Of a stretch of DNA of 61,028 nucleotides, positions 37,895-47,970 are shown piece by piece. The DNA is from FCB group bacterium (GTDB taxonomy: Bacteria; Fidelibacterota; Marinisomatia; Marinisomatales; JAADGP01), in contig JAADGP010000043.1 of NCBI GenBank assembly GCA_013152315.1, forward strand, positions 1 through 61,028, written 5' to 3'. The notes below the pieces were generated by a model. That model did no database searches. It worked only from the letters and a program-made list of their open reading frames with translations, and was not told where the DNA came from. Each line of letters begins with the position of its first letter. The stretch's first letter is position 1. Made by a program: the position numbers and the translations under genes.

Positions 37895-38459
37895 CCATAC
37901 CAGCAAAGTAAAAATCACGGATCCGGAAAGGATTTTGACGGTAGCCAATTTTATCAGCCTGATGAGAGCTTTTATGGCGGTACCCATTATCTATTCACTG
38001 CGGGTACCCGAATGGAAAATGATCACGTTTATTTTGATCGTTATTGCCGTGGCTTCCGATGCGCTGGACGGTTTTTTCGCGCGTCGGGCGCATGAAGTAA
38101 CCCATATCGGAAAATGGTTGGATCCGATCGCTGATTTTATTGTGGTAATAACCGTTTCTTTTTACCTGGTGCTTTTCAACCGCTTCCCGGCTTGGTTTTT
38201 TATCGTCTATTTAATTCGATATTTAACCATTGCCATACCGGCGGTTTATTTGATAAATCACACGCAATTTGTTATGAGTTCCAATCGGTATGGTAAATGG
38301 GCGATAGGGTTTTCCGCCCTGACCATTACGTTGCATATTTTTCAGGTTCCGTACTTGGACTGGCTGCGGCTCCTCTCTCTGTGGGGGGCTTTTAGCTTAC
38401 TGGTAATCAGTTGGTTGGTTTATTTAAAAACCTTTTTTGATCAATTAAAACACCTCTGA
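37887..38459 (+). CDS. CDP-alcohol phosphatidyltransferase family protein
   Basis: 190 aa with the DALDGFFARRAHEVTHIGKWLDPIADF motif (DxxDGxxAR...GxxxDxxxD). Polytopic. Apparent TTG start. Confidence 0.88.
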   Translation: MGDHTSKVKITDPERILTVANFISLMRAFMAVPIIYSLRVPEWKMITFILIVIAVASDALDGFFARRAHEVTHIGKWLDPIADFIVVITVSFYLVLFNRFPAWFFIVYLIRYLTIAIPAVYLINHTQFVMSSNRYGKWAIGFSALTITLHIFQVPYLDWLRLLSLWGAFSLLVISWLVYLKTFFDQLKHL

Positions 38460-38465
38460 TTCCAT

Positions 38466-39359
38466 TTGAAATTCCTGGATAAGTTATTCCACGCGTTACG
38501 TCGCACCAGAGAATCTCTGTCCGATGCTTTCGCCGTATTGGCGCGAAAGCGAGTGGACGGTGAGTCATTGGAGGAATTGGAAGATTCTTTACTGGCGGCC
38601 GATTTGGGGTATAAGACCGTTGAATCCATAGTGGAGGTAGTCAGAAAGAATGCCGGGAAAGATTTCATTGCCGCTGTTAAGGAACATTTAATCTCCATTC
38701 TCCCCGGGGAATCGGATTCGAACCAGGAAAGTCCATGCCCGGTGGCGATAATGGTTGTGGGGGTGAACGGAACCGGTAAAACGACGACTACCGCCAAATT
38801 GGCGAATTATTATCGCAATCAGGGGAAAAAAGTTGTCCTGATCGGTACCGATACTTATCGGGCCGCGGCGGCGGAACAGTTAATGATCTGGTCGAACCGT
38901 TTGAATATTCGTTTGATATGTAACGAACAATCACGGGAACCGGCGGCTGTGCTTTTCGACGGTCTGACGGCGGCCAAGGCTATGCGGGCGGATGTGGCCC
39001 TTATCGATACCGCCGGTCGGTTGCATACGCATAAAAACCTGATGACGGAACTGAACAAAATGTATCGCGTAATTCGTGATCGTTTTCCGGAATTTGCCGT
39101 GCGGTCGTTCATCACGATCGATGCCAATCTGGGGCAGAATTCTCTGGTCCAGGCCCGAACATTTACCGAGCATTTACGCATCGACGGAGCGGTATTAACC
39201 AAGATGGATGGGACCGCAAAAGGGGGAATTGTTTTCGCTCTGAACAGTCAATTGCGCATTCCCGTGAAATTTGTGGGAATCGGGGAGCAATTGGAAGACC
39301 TTTATCCCTTTGTTTCTAAGGACTATGTGGAGTCCCTTTTCGGGCGTGATCATGAGTGA
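38466..39359 (+). CDS. ftsY: signal recognition particle receptor FtsY (NG domain only)
   Basis: 297 aa with GVNGTGKTTT, DTAGR and TKMDGTAKGG. Confidence 0.95.
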   Translation: MKFLDKLFHALRRTRESLSDAFAVLARKRVDGESLEELEDSLLAADLGYKTVESIVEVVRKNAGKDFIAAVKEHLISILPGESDSNQESPCPVAIMVVGVNGTGKTTTTAKLANYYRNQGKKVVLIGTDTYRAAAAEQLMIWSNRLNIRLICNEQSREPAAVLFDGLTAAKAMRADVALIDTAGRLHTHKNLMTELNKMYRVIRDRFPEFAVRSFITIDANLGQNSLVQARTFTEHLRIDGAVLTKMDGTAKGGIVFALNSQLRIPVKFVGIGEQLEDLYPFVSKDYVESLFGRDHE

Positions 39360-40653
39360 ATCGGAGCGACCGACAGTCAATATAATCAGTCTCGGATGCG
39401 CGAAAAACCTGGTTGATTCGGAAATCCTGTTAGGAGGCTTAAGGAAGTCCACGGTTGAGGTTGTTGACGATCCGGAGAAAGCGGAAACGATCGTGGTCAA
39501 TACCTGTGGTTTTCTGGATCAGGCCCGGGAAGAATCAATCGATGTTATTTTGCAGGCGGCTGAGCTCAAGAAACACGGCAGATTGAAGCAACTGGTTGTT
39601 ATGGGATGCCTGTCGGAAAGATATCGCGCCGCGTTGCAACGGGAATTACCCGAAGTTGACCGTTTTTTCGGCACCAATGATCACCGACAGGTCGTATCCT
39701 TTTTGACCGGTAAACCCCATGCTAAGGATGATCCCCTGTTTTTCCGGTCCCTGTTGACTCCCGGACATTACGCTTATCTGAAAATTGCCGAAGGGTGCGA
39801 TAACGGATGCTCTTTTTGCAGTATTCCGATCATGCGCGGACTGCAGAAAAGTCGAACGATTCCGGATATTCTTTCCGAAGCGAAAAGATTGGTTGAAGGG
39901 GGCGTAAAGGAACTGTTGGTTATCGCTCAGGATTCGACTTCTTACGGCTGGGATTTGACGGATAAAGTGTATTTAAGCGATCTGATTAAAGAGTTGGATA
40001 CGATTGATGACGACCTGCGATGGATTCGAATCCATTACGCCCATCCGGCTCATCTGTCGCAACGGATTATTGATGCCATGGCCACCGCCGCCAAGGTGTG
40101 CCGTTACCTGGATATTCCGGTGCAACATGCTTCCGACCGAATCCTGATGTCCATGCGTCGGGGGCTGGGGCGGGAAGGAATTCGCGATCGTATCCAACGG
40201 TTGCGCGAAGCGATTCCGGAGATCCGTTTGCGGACTTCCATCATCGTTGGATATCCGGGCGAGACCGAAGACGATTTTAAAATGTTATGCGATTTTCTTC
40301 GTGAAATTGAATTTGATCGTTTAGGGGTTTTTACCTATTCGGAGGAAGAGGGAACCCCGGCGGCTAATCTTCCTGATAATGTTCCGCGGGCATTAAAAGA
40401 CGAAAGAAAGGCCGTTGTGATGGACCTCCAGAACGAAATCAGCGCGGAAAAGAACGCCCGGTTGGTAGGACGGGAAATGGTGGTTGTAGTTGACGAGGTG
40501 AAGGATGGCGTTGCCTTGGGACGTACCGAATTCGATTCTCCGGAAGTTGATAACCTGGTCCGTATCAGCGGGATCGTACAGCCCGGTTCGTTTGTTAATG
40601 TCCTGATTACCGAATCCGACGCCTACGAATTAAAGGGTGTAACGGTACAATGA
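39352..40653 (+). CDS. rimO: ribosomal protein S12 methylthiotransferase RimO
   Basis: N-terminal MTTase domain (NIISLGCAKN), radical-SAM CDNGCSFC and a C-terminal TRAM domain. ATG 39352 overlaps the ftsY stop. The longer ORF from 39271 was rejected. Confidence 0.92.
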   Translation: MSESERPTVNIISLGCAKNLVDSEILLGGLRKSTVEVVDDPEKAETIVVNTCGFLDQAREESIDVILQAAELKKHGRLKQLVVMGCLSERYRAALQRELPEVDRFFGTNDHRQVVSFLTGKPHAKDDPLFFRSLLTPGHYAYLKIAEGCDNGCSFCSIPIMRGLQKSRTIPDILSEAKRLVEGGVKELLVIAQDSTSYGWDLTDKVYLSDLIKELDTIDDDLRWIRIHYAHPAHLSQRIIDAMATAAKVCRYLDIPVQHASDRILMSMRRGLGREGIRDRIQRLREAIPEIRLRTSIIVGYPGETEDDFKMLCDFLREIEFDRLGVFTYSEEEGTPAANLPDNVPRALKDERKAVVMDLQNEISAEKNARLVGREMVVVVDEVKDGVALGRTEFDSPEVDNLVRISGIVQPGSFVNVLITESDAYELKGVTVQ

Positions 40654-40726
40654 ATTCCTCCGAATACCATAATGACCCGGGAATCGGTAATTCTTAATGT
40701 TAATATTCAATGTTTGTTTGAAACAG

Positions 40727-40826
40727 TGATTACGTTTCACGTTTCACTCATTACGTTTAACGTTTCCCCGACAGTTGCTACGCTTCATCGGGGTCTCCAC
40801 GACGTTCCGACACGCACCACGTTTCA
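40727..40826 (+). repeat. family-2 element with extended 5' heptamer arm
   Basis: GATTACG TTTCACG TTTCACT CATTACG TTTAACG TTTCCCC (40728-40769), then GACAGTTGCTACGCTTCATCGGGGTCTCCACGACGTTCCGACACGCACCACGTTTCAA. Confidence 0.85.
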
Positions 40827-40899
40827 ATTCCATGATCCCTCTCATCTTTTATTCTCTGCCATTGCATCCATATAGGTTATCGACGTAATTTTGGTCAAT

Positions 40900-42906
40900 A
40901 TGGCAGAGTTTCGTATACATTCCGATTTTAAACCCAGTGGCGACCAACCGCGGGCGATCAAGGAGCTGGTTAATGGCTTAAATCGTGGTTTAAAACACCA
41001 GACGTTGTTGGGGGTTACCGGATCCGGTAAAACCTATACAATTGCAAAGGTCATCGAAACCGTTCGGCGTCCTACGCTGATTATCTCCCACAACAAGACT
41101 TTGGCGGCGCAGTTATTCGGGGAGTTTAAACAATTATTCCCGGAAAATGCCGTCGAATATTTTATCAGTTATTATGATTATTATCAGCCGGAAGCCTATC
41201 TGCCGGTTACCGATACTTTTATTGAAAAAGACTTCTCCATGAATGAGGAGATAGACAAACTGCGTTTGAAAACAACCAGTTCACTTATGCAGCGCAAGGA
41301 TGTGATTGTTGTCAGTTCGGTTTCCTGCATCTATGGAATCGGATCTCCCAGTGAGTATCGCGAACAGGTTATTCGTCTGCGACGGGGGGAACAGTTGGAC
41401 CGGAGAAAATTCCTGAAACAACTGATAAACATCCACTATTTACGCAACGATGCGGTGCTGGAACGGGGAAATTTCCGGGTTCGTGGCGATGTGATTGAAA
41501 TATTTCCGGCTTATGAGGACGTGGCCGTACGGTTGGAATTATTCGGCAGTGAGATTGACGCCATTACCACGTTCGATGTTTTGACCGGAGAAATCATCCG
41601 GGAATTGGATATTTTAAATATTTTCCCGGCCCGTCATTTCGTGACCGATCAGAAAACAATTGCCCGAATCGTTGTGGAAATACGAAAAGAATTAAACGCC
41701 CGCTTGGAAGAGTTGCGAAATCTGGGGAAACTGCTGGAAGCCCAGCGGTTGGAGCAACGCACCAATTTTGATTTGGAAATGATGCAGGAAGTGGGGTATT
41801 GTTCCGGAATTGAGAATTATTCCCGGTATTTCTCCGGCCGGAAACCGGGGGAACGTCCCTGGACCCTGATTGATTTTTTCCCTGATGATTTTATTACAAT
41901 TGTCGACGAATCCCATGTGACGTTGCCCCAGATTCAGGGAATGTATAACGGTGATCGCAAGCGTAAGGAAACCCTGGTGGAATATGGATTCCGTTTGCCC
42001 AGCGCTCTGGATAATCGGCCTTTAAAATTTGATGAATTTATGTCGTTACAACGTCAGATAATCTACGCATCGGCAACACCTTCGGACCGTGAGCTGGCGT
42101 TAAGCGGCGGGGTCGTGGTGGAACAGATCATTCGTCCCACGGGATTGATCGATCCGGAAGTGGAAATCCGTGAAACCCATGGGCAGATCGACGATTTAAT
42201 GGGCGAAATCCGCATGCGGGTAGAGAAAAAGGAACGCATTTTGGTTACCACGCTCACCAAACGAATGGCCGAGGATTTATGTGAATATTTAAACGGTTTA
42301 AATGTGCGCGTTCGCTATCTCCATTCGGATATAGGTTCGCTGGAACGGGTGAAAATTTTACGTGATCTGCGATTGGGTGAATTTGACGTATTGGTCGGCA
42401 TCAATCTTTTACGTGAGGGGCTGGATCTGCCGGAAGTATCACTGGTCGTGGTTTTGGATGCCGATAAGGAAGGGTTCTTGCGTTCCAAAAGCGCGCTGTT
42501 ACAGGTAGCGGGACGAGCGGCGCGGAATATCAACGGGAAAGTCATTCTCTATGCCAATCGCATATCGGAGGCAATGCAGTATTTGATCGACGAAACCAAT
42601 CGTCGACGGAAAATACAAAAAGAATATAATAAAAAACACGGCATCACGCCCAAAACCGTCTATAAATCCCTGGAAGACATTATGCGTTCCACTTCCGTGG
42701 CCGATTCGTTCCGCGAACCGGAATTCGAGTACCGGCGGTCACGCAGGGGGATTGATTTTGATAAAATGGATAAACAAATGGCCATCGAAATGATGCGGGA
42801 AGAAATGCTGGAAGCGGCGGATAGTCTGGAATTTGAACGCGCCGCCAGGTTACGTGATGAAATTGAAAAACTTGAAAAAGAAATAAAGGGGGTATTTAGT
42901 AAGTGA
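40900..42906 (+). CDS. uvrB: excinuclease ABC subunit B
   Basis: [22 protein letters not shown] and a C-terminal UVR domain ([12 protein letters not shown]). ATG at 40900. Confidence 0.97.
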   Translation: MAEFRIHSDFKPSGDQPRAIKELVNGLNRGLKHQTLLGVTGSGKTYTIAKVIETVRRPTLIISHNKTLAAQLFGEFKQLFPENAVEYFISYYDYYQPEAYLPVTDTFIEKDFSMNEEIDKLRLKTTSSLMQRKDVIVVSSVSCIYGIGSPSEYREQVIRLRRGEQLDRRKFLKQLINIHYLRNDAVLERGNFRVRGDVIEIFPAYEDVAVRLELFGSEIDAITTFDVLTGEIIRELDILNIFPARHFVTDQKTIARIVVEIRKELNARLEELRNLGKLLEAQRLEQRTNFDLEMMQEVGYCSGIENYSRYFSGRKPGERPWTLIDFFPDDFITIVDESHVTLPQIQGMYNGDRKRKETLVEYGFRLPSALDNRPLKFDEFMSLQRQIIYASATPSDRELALSGGVVVEQIIRPTGLIDPEVEIRETHGQIDDLMGEIRMRVEKKERILVTTLTKRMAEDLCEYLNGLNVRVRYLHSDIGSLERVKILRDLRLGEFDVLVGINLLREGLDLPEVSLVVVLDADKEGFLRSKSALLQVAGRAARNINGKVILYANRISEAMQYLIDETNRRRKIQKEYNKKHGITPKTVYKSLEDIMRSTSVADSFREPEFEYRRSRRGIDFDKMDKQMAIEMMREEMLEAADSLEFERAARLRDEIEKLEKEIKGVFSK

Positions 42907-43027
42907 AGGCACGAAAGAGAGACACCTGCGTTGTGTGGTTTAACGGTTGTTTCGGGTATTGTGATAAAACAGTTGTTACGAAACATTCCTCAACAATATG
43001 GTTATTGAGAAATGAAAGGAATTGCGA

Positions 43028-43999
43028 ATGAAGGTTCTGGTTACCGGAGGAGCAGGGTATATTGGTTCACACGCGGTTACGGATTTGTGTGACGGCGGGC
43101 ATGAAGTAACGATTTTCGACGATCTTTCTTTAGGACTGCCTGAAAACGTGGATGAACGGGCTACTTTTGTCCAGGGCTCCACTTTAAATCTTGATGATCT
43201 GGAAAATATTTTCAGGACTCCTTTTGATGCGGTAATGCACTTCGCGGCCTGGAAGGCGGCTGGTGAATCGATGATTAAGCCGGAGAAATACTCCCGTAAT
43301 AACCTGGTCGGGACCATCAATCTGTTAAACGCGATGGTTGGGCACGGGGTGAAAATGTTTGTTTTTTCATCTTCCGCCGCCGTCTACGGATACCCGAAAT
43401 ATTTGCCGATTGACGAAAACCATCCCCTGGACCCGATCAATTATTACGGTTTTACCAAGCTGGAAATCGAGCGGATTCTGAAGTGGTATTCGGCTTTGAA
43501 AGATGTCCGGTTTGCCGCTCTGAGATATTTCAACGCCGCCGGATATGATGTTCGCGGACGCATAAGGGGGAAAGAAAAGAATCCGGCGAATTTACTCCCG
43601 ATTGTAATGGAAGTGGCGGCCGGATCGCGGGAAAGGCTGGAAGTATACGGCGATGATTACGACACCCGCGACGGTACCGGAGTACGCGACTATATTCATG
43701 TGAATGATCTGGCTTCGGCCCATGTCCTGGCATTGGATTATCTGTCGGAGAAAAACAAGGATTTAACGGTGAATCTGGCAACCGGTATCGGTTTTTCGGT
43801 ACTGGAAGTAATCGCCAAAGCGCGTGAAGTAACCGGGAAAGAGATTCCCTACAAAATTGTTGACCGGCGACCGGGTGATCCCGCGGAATTGGTGGCGACG
43901 TCCAACATTGCCCAAAAACTATTGGGTTGGGAAGTGAAACATTCGGATCTGGAAACCATATTATCAAGCATGTGGAGTGTTTATCGCAGTCCCAATTAA
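43028..43999 (+). CDS. galE: UDP-glucose 4-epimerase
   Basis: MKVLVTGGAGYIGSH, catalytic YGFTK and RYFNAAG. Confidence 0.92.
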   Translation: MKVLVTGGAGYIGSHAVTDLCDGGHEVTIFDDLSLGLPENVDERATFVQGSTLNLDDLENIFRTPFDAVMHFAAWKAAGESMIKPEKYSRNNLVGTINLLNAMVGHGVKMFVFSSSAAVYGYPKYLPIDENHPLDPINYYGFTKLEIERILKWYSALKDVRFAALRYFNAAGYDVRGRIRGKEKNPANLLPIVMEVAAGSRERLEVYGDDYDTRDGTGVRDYIHVNDLASAHVLALDYLSEKNKDLTVNLATGIGFSVLEVIAKAREVTGKEIPYKIVDRRPGDPAELVATSNIAQKLLGWEVKHSDLETILSSMWSVYRSPN

Positions 44000-44085
44000 A
44001 AGAACCCGGAACATTGTTTAAGTGAGCGGTGAGAGATTTTGATATTCAGGATGCCGGATTCAAAGGGTAAAATCGGAGGAGAAAA

Positions 44086-45303
44086 ATGATTGATATTGAG
44101 AGGGTCCAGCGGGTATCGGGTATCGTAGGCAATTCCGATGCCATCCGGGAGGTACTGGATATGATTGTCCAGGTTGCTCCGGTCGATATTTCGGTACTGA
44201 TCACCGGTGAATCGGGAACCGGGAAAGAGATGGTCGCGAAAGCGATTCATAAGCTGAGTCGCCGGGCGCAATATCCGATGGTAACGGTGAATTGCGGAGC
44301 GATTCCGGCCGGGATCATCGAAAGCGAATTATTCGGTCATAAGAAAGGAGCCTATACCGGCGCTTCGGAGGACCGAAAGGGATATTTTGAAACCGCCCAC
44401 AAAGGTACTATTTTCCTGGACGAAATCGGCGAAACACCCCTTGAAACGCAGGTAAAATTGTTGCGTGTCCTGGAAAGTGGCGAATTCATGCGGGTGGGTG
44501 ACTCAAAGACGTTGTACACCGATGTTCGCGTGATCGCGGCCACCAACAAGGATCTTGGAGAAAAGGCCCATAAGGGAGAATTCCGACAGGACCTCTATTA
44601 CCGTCTTAAAACGGTGACCATTCACGTTCCGCCCCTGCGACATCGCGTCGAAGATATTGCTCCCCTGGTGGAAAGATTCGCATTGGAATTCACACGCAAC
44701 AACGATATGGTGTACCGGGGCTTCATGCCCGACGCCATTCGATTAATGAAACGGGCCGAATGGCCCGGAAACGTGCGGGAACTGAAAAATTTTGTGGAAA
44801 GTATTCTGGTGCTGGAGAAAGGGGAACGCATTACGGCCGAAATGGTGGAACGACAACTGGGGCGCAATATCCCTTCAACGTCGAAGAATCGTTTATTGCC
44901 GGTGGTGGTGGATCAGTCCGCCGAACAGGCCGAACGGGAACTGATATTACGACAACTGTTTTTGTTACGCCAGGACGTGGAAAGCATCAAGCAAATCCTG
45001 GTAGGTCAACCCGGTGTACCTATTGCTCATGACATTACCTATCTGCCCGATTCTCCGGTCGAACCGTTGCATCCCGCGCTTAAAATTGATGAACATGACC
45101 ATCGCCTGATCCGCGATGATGCCATCGGTGATATGACGCTGGAGGACCTGGAACGGGAAGCAATAACGCGAACGTTGCAATTCTATAATAACAACCGGCG
45201 GGCGGCGGCCCGTTCGCTGGGCATGAGTGAACGAACATTGTATCGTAAAATCAAGGAATACGGCCTGGAGCCAAAAATAAAAAGGGCGAATAGTGACCGC
45301 TAA
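44086..45303 (+). CDS. sigma-54-dependent transcriptional activator (AAA+ and Fis-type HTH only, no sensor domain)
   Basis: 405 aa. The AAA+ core starts by residue ~15. GESGTGKE and ESELFGH, with GAYTGA at the GAFTGA position. C-terminal HTH AARSLGMSERTLYRKIKEYGL. Confidence 0.92.
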   Translation: MIDIERVQRVSGIVGNSDAIREVLDMIVQVAPVDISVLITGESGTGKEMVAKAIHKLSRRAQYPMVTVNCGAIPAGIIESELFGHKKGAYTGASEDRKGYFETAHKGTIFLDEIGETPLETQVKLLRVLESGEFMRVGDSKTLYTDVRVIAATNKDLGEKAHKGEFRQDLYYRLKTVTIHVPPLRHRVEDIAPLVERFALEFTRNNDMVYRGFMPDAIRLMKRAEWPGNVRELKNFVESILVLEKGERITAEMVERQLGRNIPSTSKNRLLPVVVDQSAEQAERELILRQLFLLRQDVESIKQILVGQPGVPIAHDITYLPDSPVEPLHPALKIDEHDHRLIRDDAIGDMTLEDLEREAITRTLQFYNNNRRAAARSLGMSERTLYRKIKEYGLEPKIKRANSDR

Positions 45304-45859
45304 AATAATCAATTTATTGCTTTTCCCCGGGTTTCTGATCCTGGCCGCGGGCTGTGGTTTCTATTCCATGGCAGGTTCGATTCCCCCGCATATCAAAAGT
45401 ATCGCGATTCCCCTGCTGGTCAATCAAACCGCCGAATTTGGCATGGCGGAAAGCATAACGGATAATTTGCAGGAAGATTTTATCGAAGAAAATATATTGC
45501 GGGTAGTGGATGAGGACCAGGCCGATTCCATCCTGAGGGGGACGATTATTAAAGTCGAGGATTCCCCGTACACCTATAGCCAGGAAGAAGCCGTCAGTGA
45601 ATATCGTTTTACCATTACCTTGGAAATAGAATGGTACGATGTGAAGAACGATGAGGTATTAATGAAGAAAAGGTTCTCGGGTTGGGGGGCTTACGGGCTA
45701 AGCGGTGACTTAGCCACTGACGGAATCGATAATGATGGCGACGGATTGATTGACGGCGACGACAACGATGAATTCGGTGATCCGCGAACCTTCGCGACCA
45801 AGGTTGCCGTGCGTAAAATTGCCGAGGATATTTTGGACGAAATTGTGAGTTCCTGGTAG
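45293..45859 (+). CDS. lptE: LptE-like LPS-assembly lipoprotein with acidic Ca-binding-like C-terminal insert
   Basis: 188 aa with a GTG start overlapping the upstream gene by 11 nt. Lipobox LILAAGC. The LptE-like core is followed by DGIDNDGDGLIDGDDNDEFGD. Confidence 0.6.
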   Translation: MTAKIINLLLFPGFLILAAGCGFYSMAGSIPPHIKSIAIPLLVNQTAEFGMAESITDNLQEDFIEENILRVVDEDQADSILRGTIIKVEDSPYTYSQEEAVSEYRFTITLEIEWYDVKNDEVLMKKRFSGWGAYGLSGDLATDGIDNDGDGLIDGDDNDEFGDPRTFATKVAVRKIAEDILDEIVSSW

Positions 45860-45897
45860 GGGGTCGGAAATAATAAAGGGAAAGCGGACATAACAGT

Positions 45898-47190
45898 ATG
45901 AAAGAAGTTACAATTGCTGAAATAGGGAATTATGTGGGGCAGGAGGTAGCCCTCAATGGTTGGGTGTACAATATCCGGTCCATCGGGAAAATCTGGTTTT
46001 TGATATTCCGTGACGGCACCGGTCTTTTGCAATGTGTGGTTGTGAAATCCGAAGTGGATTCCGATACTTTTGAGATGGAGACGAAATTAACCCAGGAATC
46101 TTCAGTGAGGGTAACCGGAACGGTCCGGGCCGAACCCCGTGCGGTGGGGGGCTTTGAATTAGGGATCAAATCGATAGCGATATTCCAAATTGCCAAGGAT
46201 TACCCCATCTCACCAAAAGAACACGGCACCGCCTTTTTGATGGATCACCGCCATTTGTGGATCCGTTCGAAAAAACAACACGCGATTTTAAGGATCCGTC
46301 ATCAGGTAATTAAAGCCTGTCGTGATTTTTTTGATCAGAATGGATTTACCCTGGTGGATACGCCGATATTCACGGCCAATGCCGTGGAAGGGACCACGAA
46401 TTTATTTGCCGTTGATTATTTCGACCGGTCGGCTTACCTGACCCAGAGCGGTCAACTGTATGGTGAAGCCGGAGCCATGGCTTTCGGGAAAATATATTGT
46501 TTTGGCCCCACCTTCCGGGCCGAAAAATCGAAAACCCGTCGTCATTTAACCGAATTCTGGATGGTGGAACCGGAAATCGCGTTCTGTGATCTGGATAAGG
46601 ATATGGATTGGGCGGAGAAATTGGTGGCCTATATTGTGCAATGGTGCCTGGATCACTGCGGGACGGAATTAAAGACACTGGAGCGGGATATTTCCAAACT
46701 GGAAAAAGTGAAAGCGCCCTTTCCCCGGATCACTTATGCGGAAGCGGTGGAAATCCTCACGAAAAACGGTGTTGATTTCGAATTCGGCAATGATTTTGGC
46801 GGTAACGACGAGACCATCATTTCGGAGCAATTCGATTGCCCGGTCATGGTTCATCGCTGGCCCGCGGAAATCAAGGCTTTTTACATGAAACGCGACGCGG
46901 AGAATGATGACCTGGCGCTGGGTGTGGATATGCTGGCTCCGGAAGGGTATGGTGAAATCATCGGCGGGGGGCAACGTGAAGACGATTACGACATCCTGGT
47001 GAAGCGCATCGAGGAGGCCGGCCTGCCGTTGAAGCCTTTCCAGTGGTATCTTGATTTGCGGAGATACGGGTCGGTTCCCCATGCCGGTTTTGGTCTGGGA
47101 ATCGAGCGGACGGTAGCCTGGATCAGCGGTATCCGGCATATTCGGGAAACAATTCCGTTCCCCAGAACGATTTACCGGTTGGAGCCGTGA
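45898..47190 (+). CDS. asnS: asparagine--tRNA ligase
   Basis: 430 aa with an N-terminal OB fold and class II motifs ([21 protein letters not shown] and [10 protein letters not shown]). Confidence 0.95.
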   Translation: MKEVTIAEIGNYVGQEVALNGWVYNIRSIGKIWFLIFRDGTGLLQCVVVKSEVDSDTFEMETKLTQESSVRVTGTVRAEPRAVGGFELGIKSIAIFQIAKDYPISPKEHGTAFLMDHRHLWIRSKKQHAILRIRHQVIKACRDFFDQNGFTLVDTPIFTANAVEGTTNLFAVDYFDRSAYLTQSGQLYGEAGAMAFGKIYCFGPTFRAEKSKTRRHLTEFWMVEPEIAFCDLDKDMDWAEKLVAYIVQWCLDHCGTELKTLERDISKLEKVKAPFPRITYAEAVEILTKNGVDFEFGNDFGGNDETIISEQFDCPVMVHRWPAEIKAFYMKRDAENDDLALGVDMLAPEGYGEIIGGGQREDDYDILVKRIEEAGLPLKPFQWYLDLRRYGSVPHAGFGLGIERTVAWISGIRHIRETIPFPRTIYRLEP

Positions 47191-47642
47191 TGAAATTCGC
47201 CGCGCGAATATCCATTTTCGGAGGAAGGGATATCGACGAACAAACCTACGCCGAAACGGTTGAATTGGGCCGCCTGATGGCGCGGGAGAACTGGTTGGTG
47301 TTTTGCGGCGGGGCCGAGGGCGTCATGGAAGCGATTGCCAAAGGGGTGTCTGAAGAAGGCGGGGTTTGCATCGGTATTCTGAAAGGTCAGGACCCGGGAA
47401 GCGGTAATATGTACCTGACCATTCCCATCGCGACCGCTTTGGGTGTGGGGCGCAACGCGCTTCTGGCTTACAATTGCGATGTGGCTGTGGCCGTCTCCGG
47501 GCAATACGGCACCTTGTCGGAAATCGCGTACGCCCTCCAACTTGGGAAACCGGTGGTAGGGTATAAATCGTGGCCCGTGGAAGGGGTAGTCAACGCCGGG
47601 TCGGTCAACGATATTATTAAACAGGTTAAATCAATATTGTAA
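47187..47642 (+). CDS. TIGR00725-type (LOG-like Rossmann) protein
   Basis: 151 aa with ISIFGGRD...[12 protein letters not shown]...[17 protein letters not shown] overlap with asnS. Confidence 0.75.
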   Translation: MMKFAARISIFGGRDIDEQTYAETVELGRLMARENWLVFCGGAEGVMEAIAKGVSEEGGVCIGILKGQDPGSGNMYLTIPIATALGVGRNALLAYNCDVAVAVSGQYGTLSEIAYALQLGKPVVGYKSWPVEGVVNAGSVNDIIKQVKSIL

Positions 47643-47644
47643 AC

Positions 47645-47935
47645 ATGGTTGCCGAACAAACAAAAAAGGGAGCGAGAATCACCATCACAGGAAGGGTGCA
47701 GGGGGTTTGGTTTCGGGCTTTTGCGCGACGACAAGCCGCGCGGTTGGACCTTACCGGATGGGTACAGAATATGTTCGATGGTTCCGTCTACTGTGAGGTT
47801 GAAGGTGATAAGGATAAAATCGATATATTTATCGAAAAATTAAAGCGGGGCCCCGAATTTGCGCGGGTCGACGACGTACAGGTGGAATGGGTGCCATTTA
47901 AAGGCCAATTCGACTCTTTTGAGGTCCGTTATTAA
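47645..47935 (+). CDS. acyP: acylphosphatase
   Basis: 96 aa with ITGRVQGVWFRAFARRQA...GWVQNMFDGSV. Confidence 0.9.
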   Translation: MVAEQTKKGARITITGRVQGVWFRAFARRQAARLDLTGWVQNMFDGSVYCEVEGDKDKIDIFIEKLKRGPEFARVDDVQVEWVPFKGQFDSFEVRY

Positions 47936-47970
47936 ATGAATTTTTACTATGATCTGTTAGCGTACGGAAT

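Noticed and set aside
38700-38745. GGATTCGAACC (the reverse complement of a tRNA T-loop-like GGTTCGAATCC) is immediately followed by CAGGAAAGTCC (an RNase P RNA P4-like string).
   Set aside because: Both lie inside the well-supported ftsY reading frame (just before GVNGTGKTTT). The flanks do not form a T-arm or acceptor stem, or the RNase P core helices. This is a coincidence.
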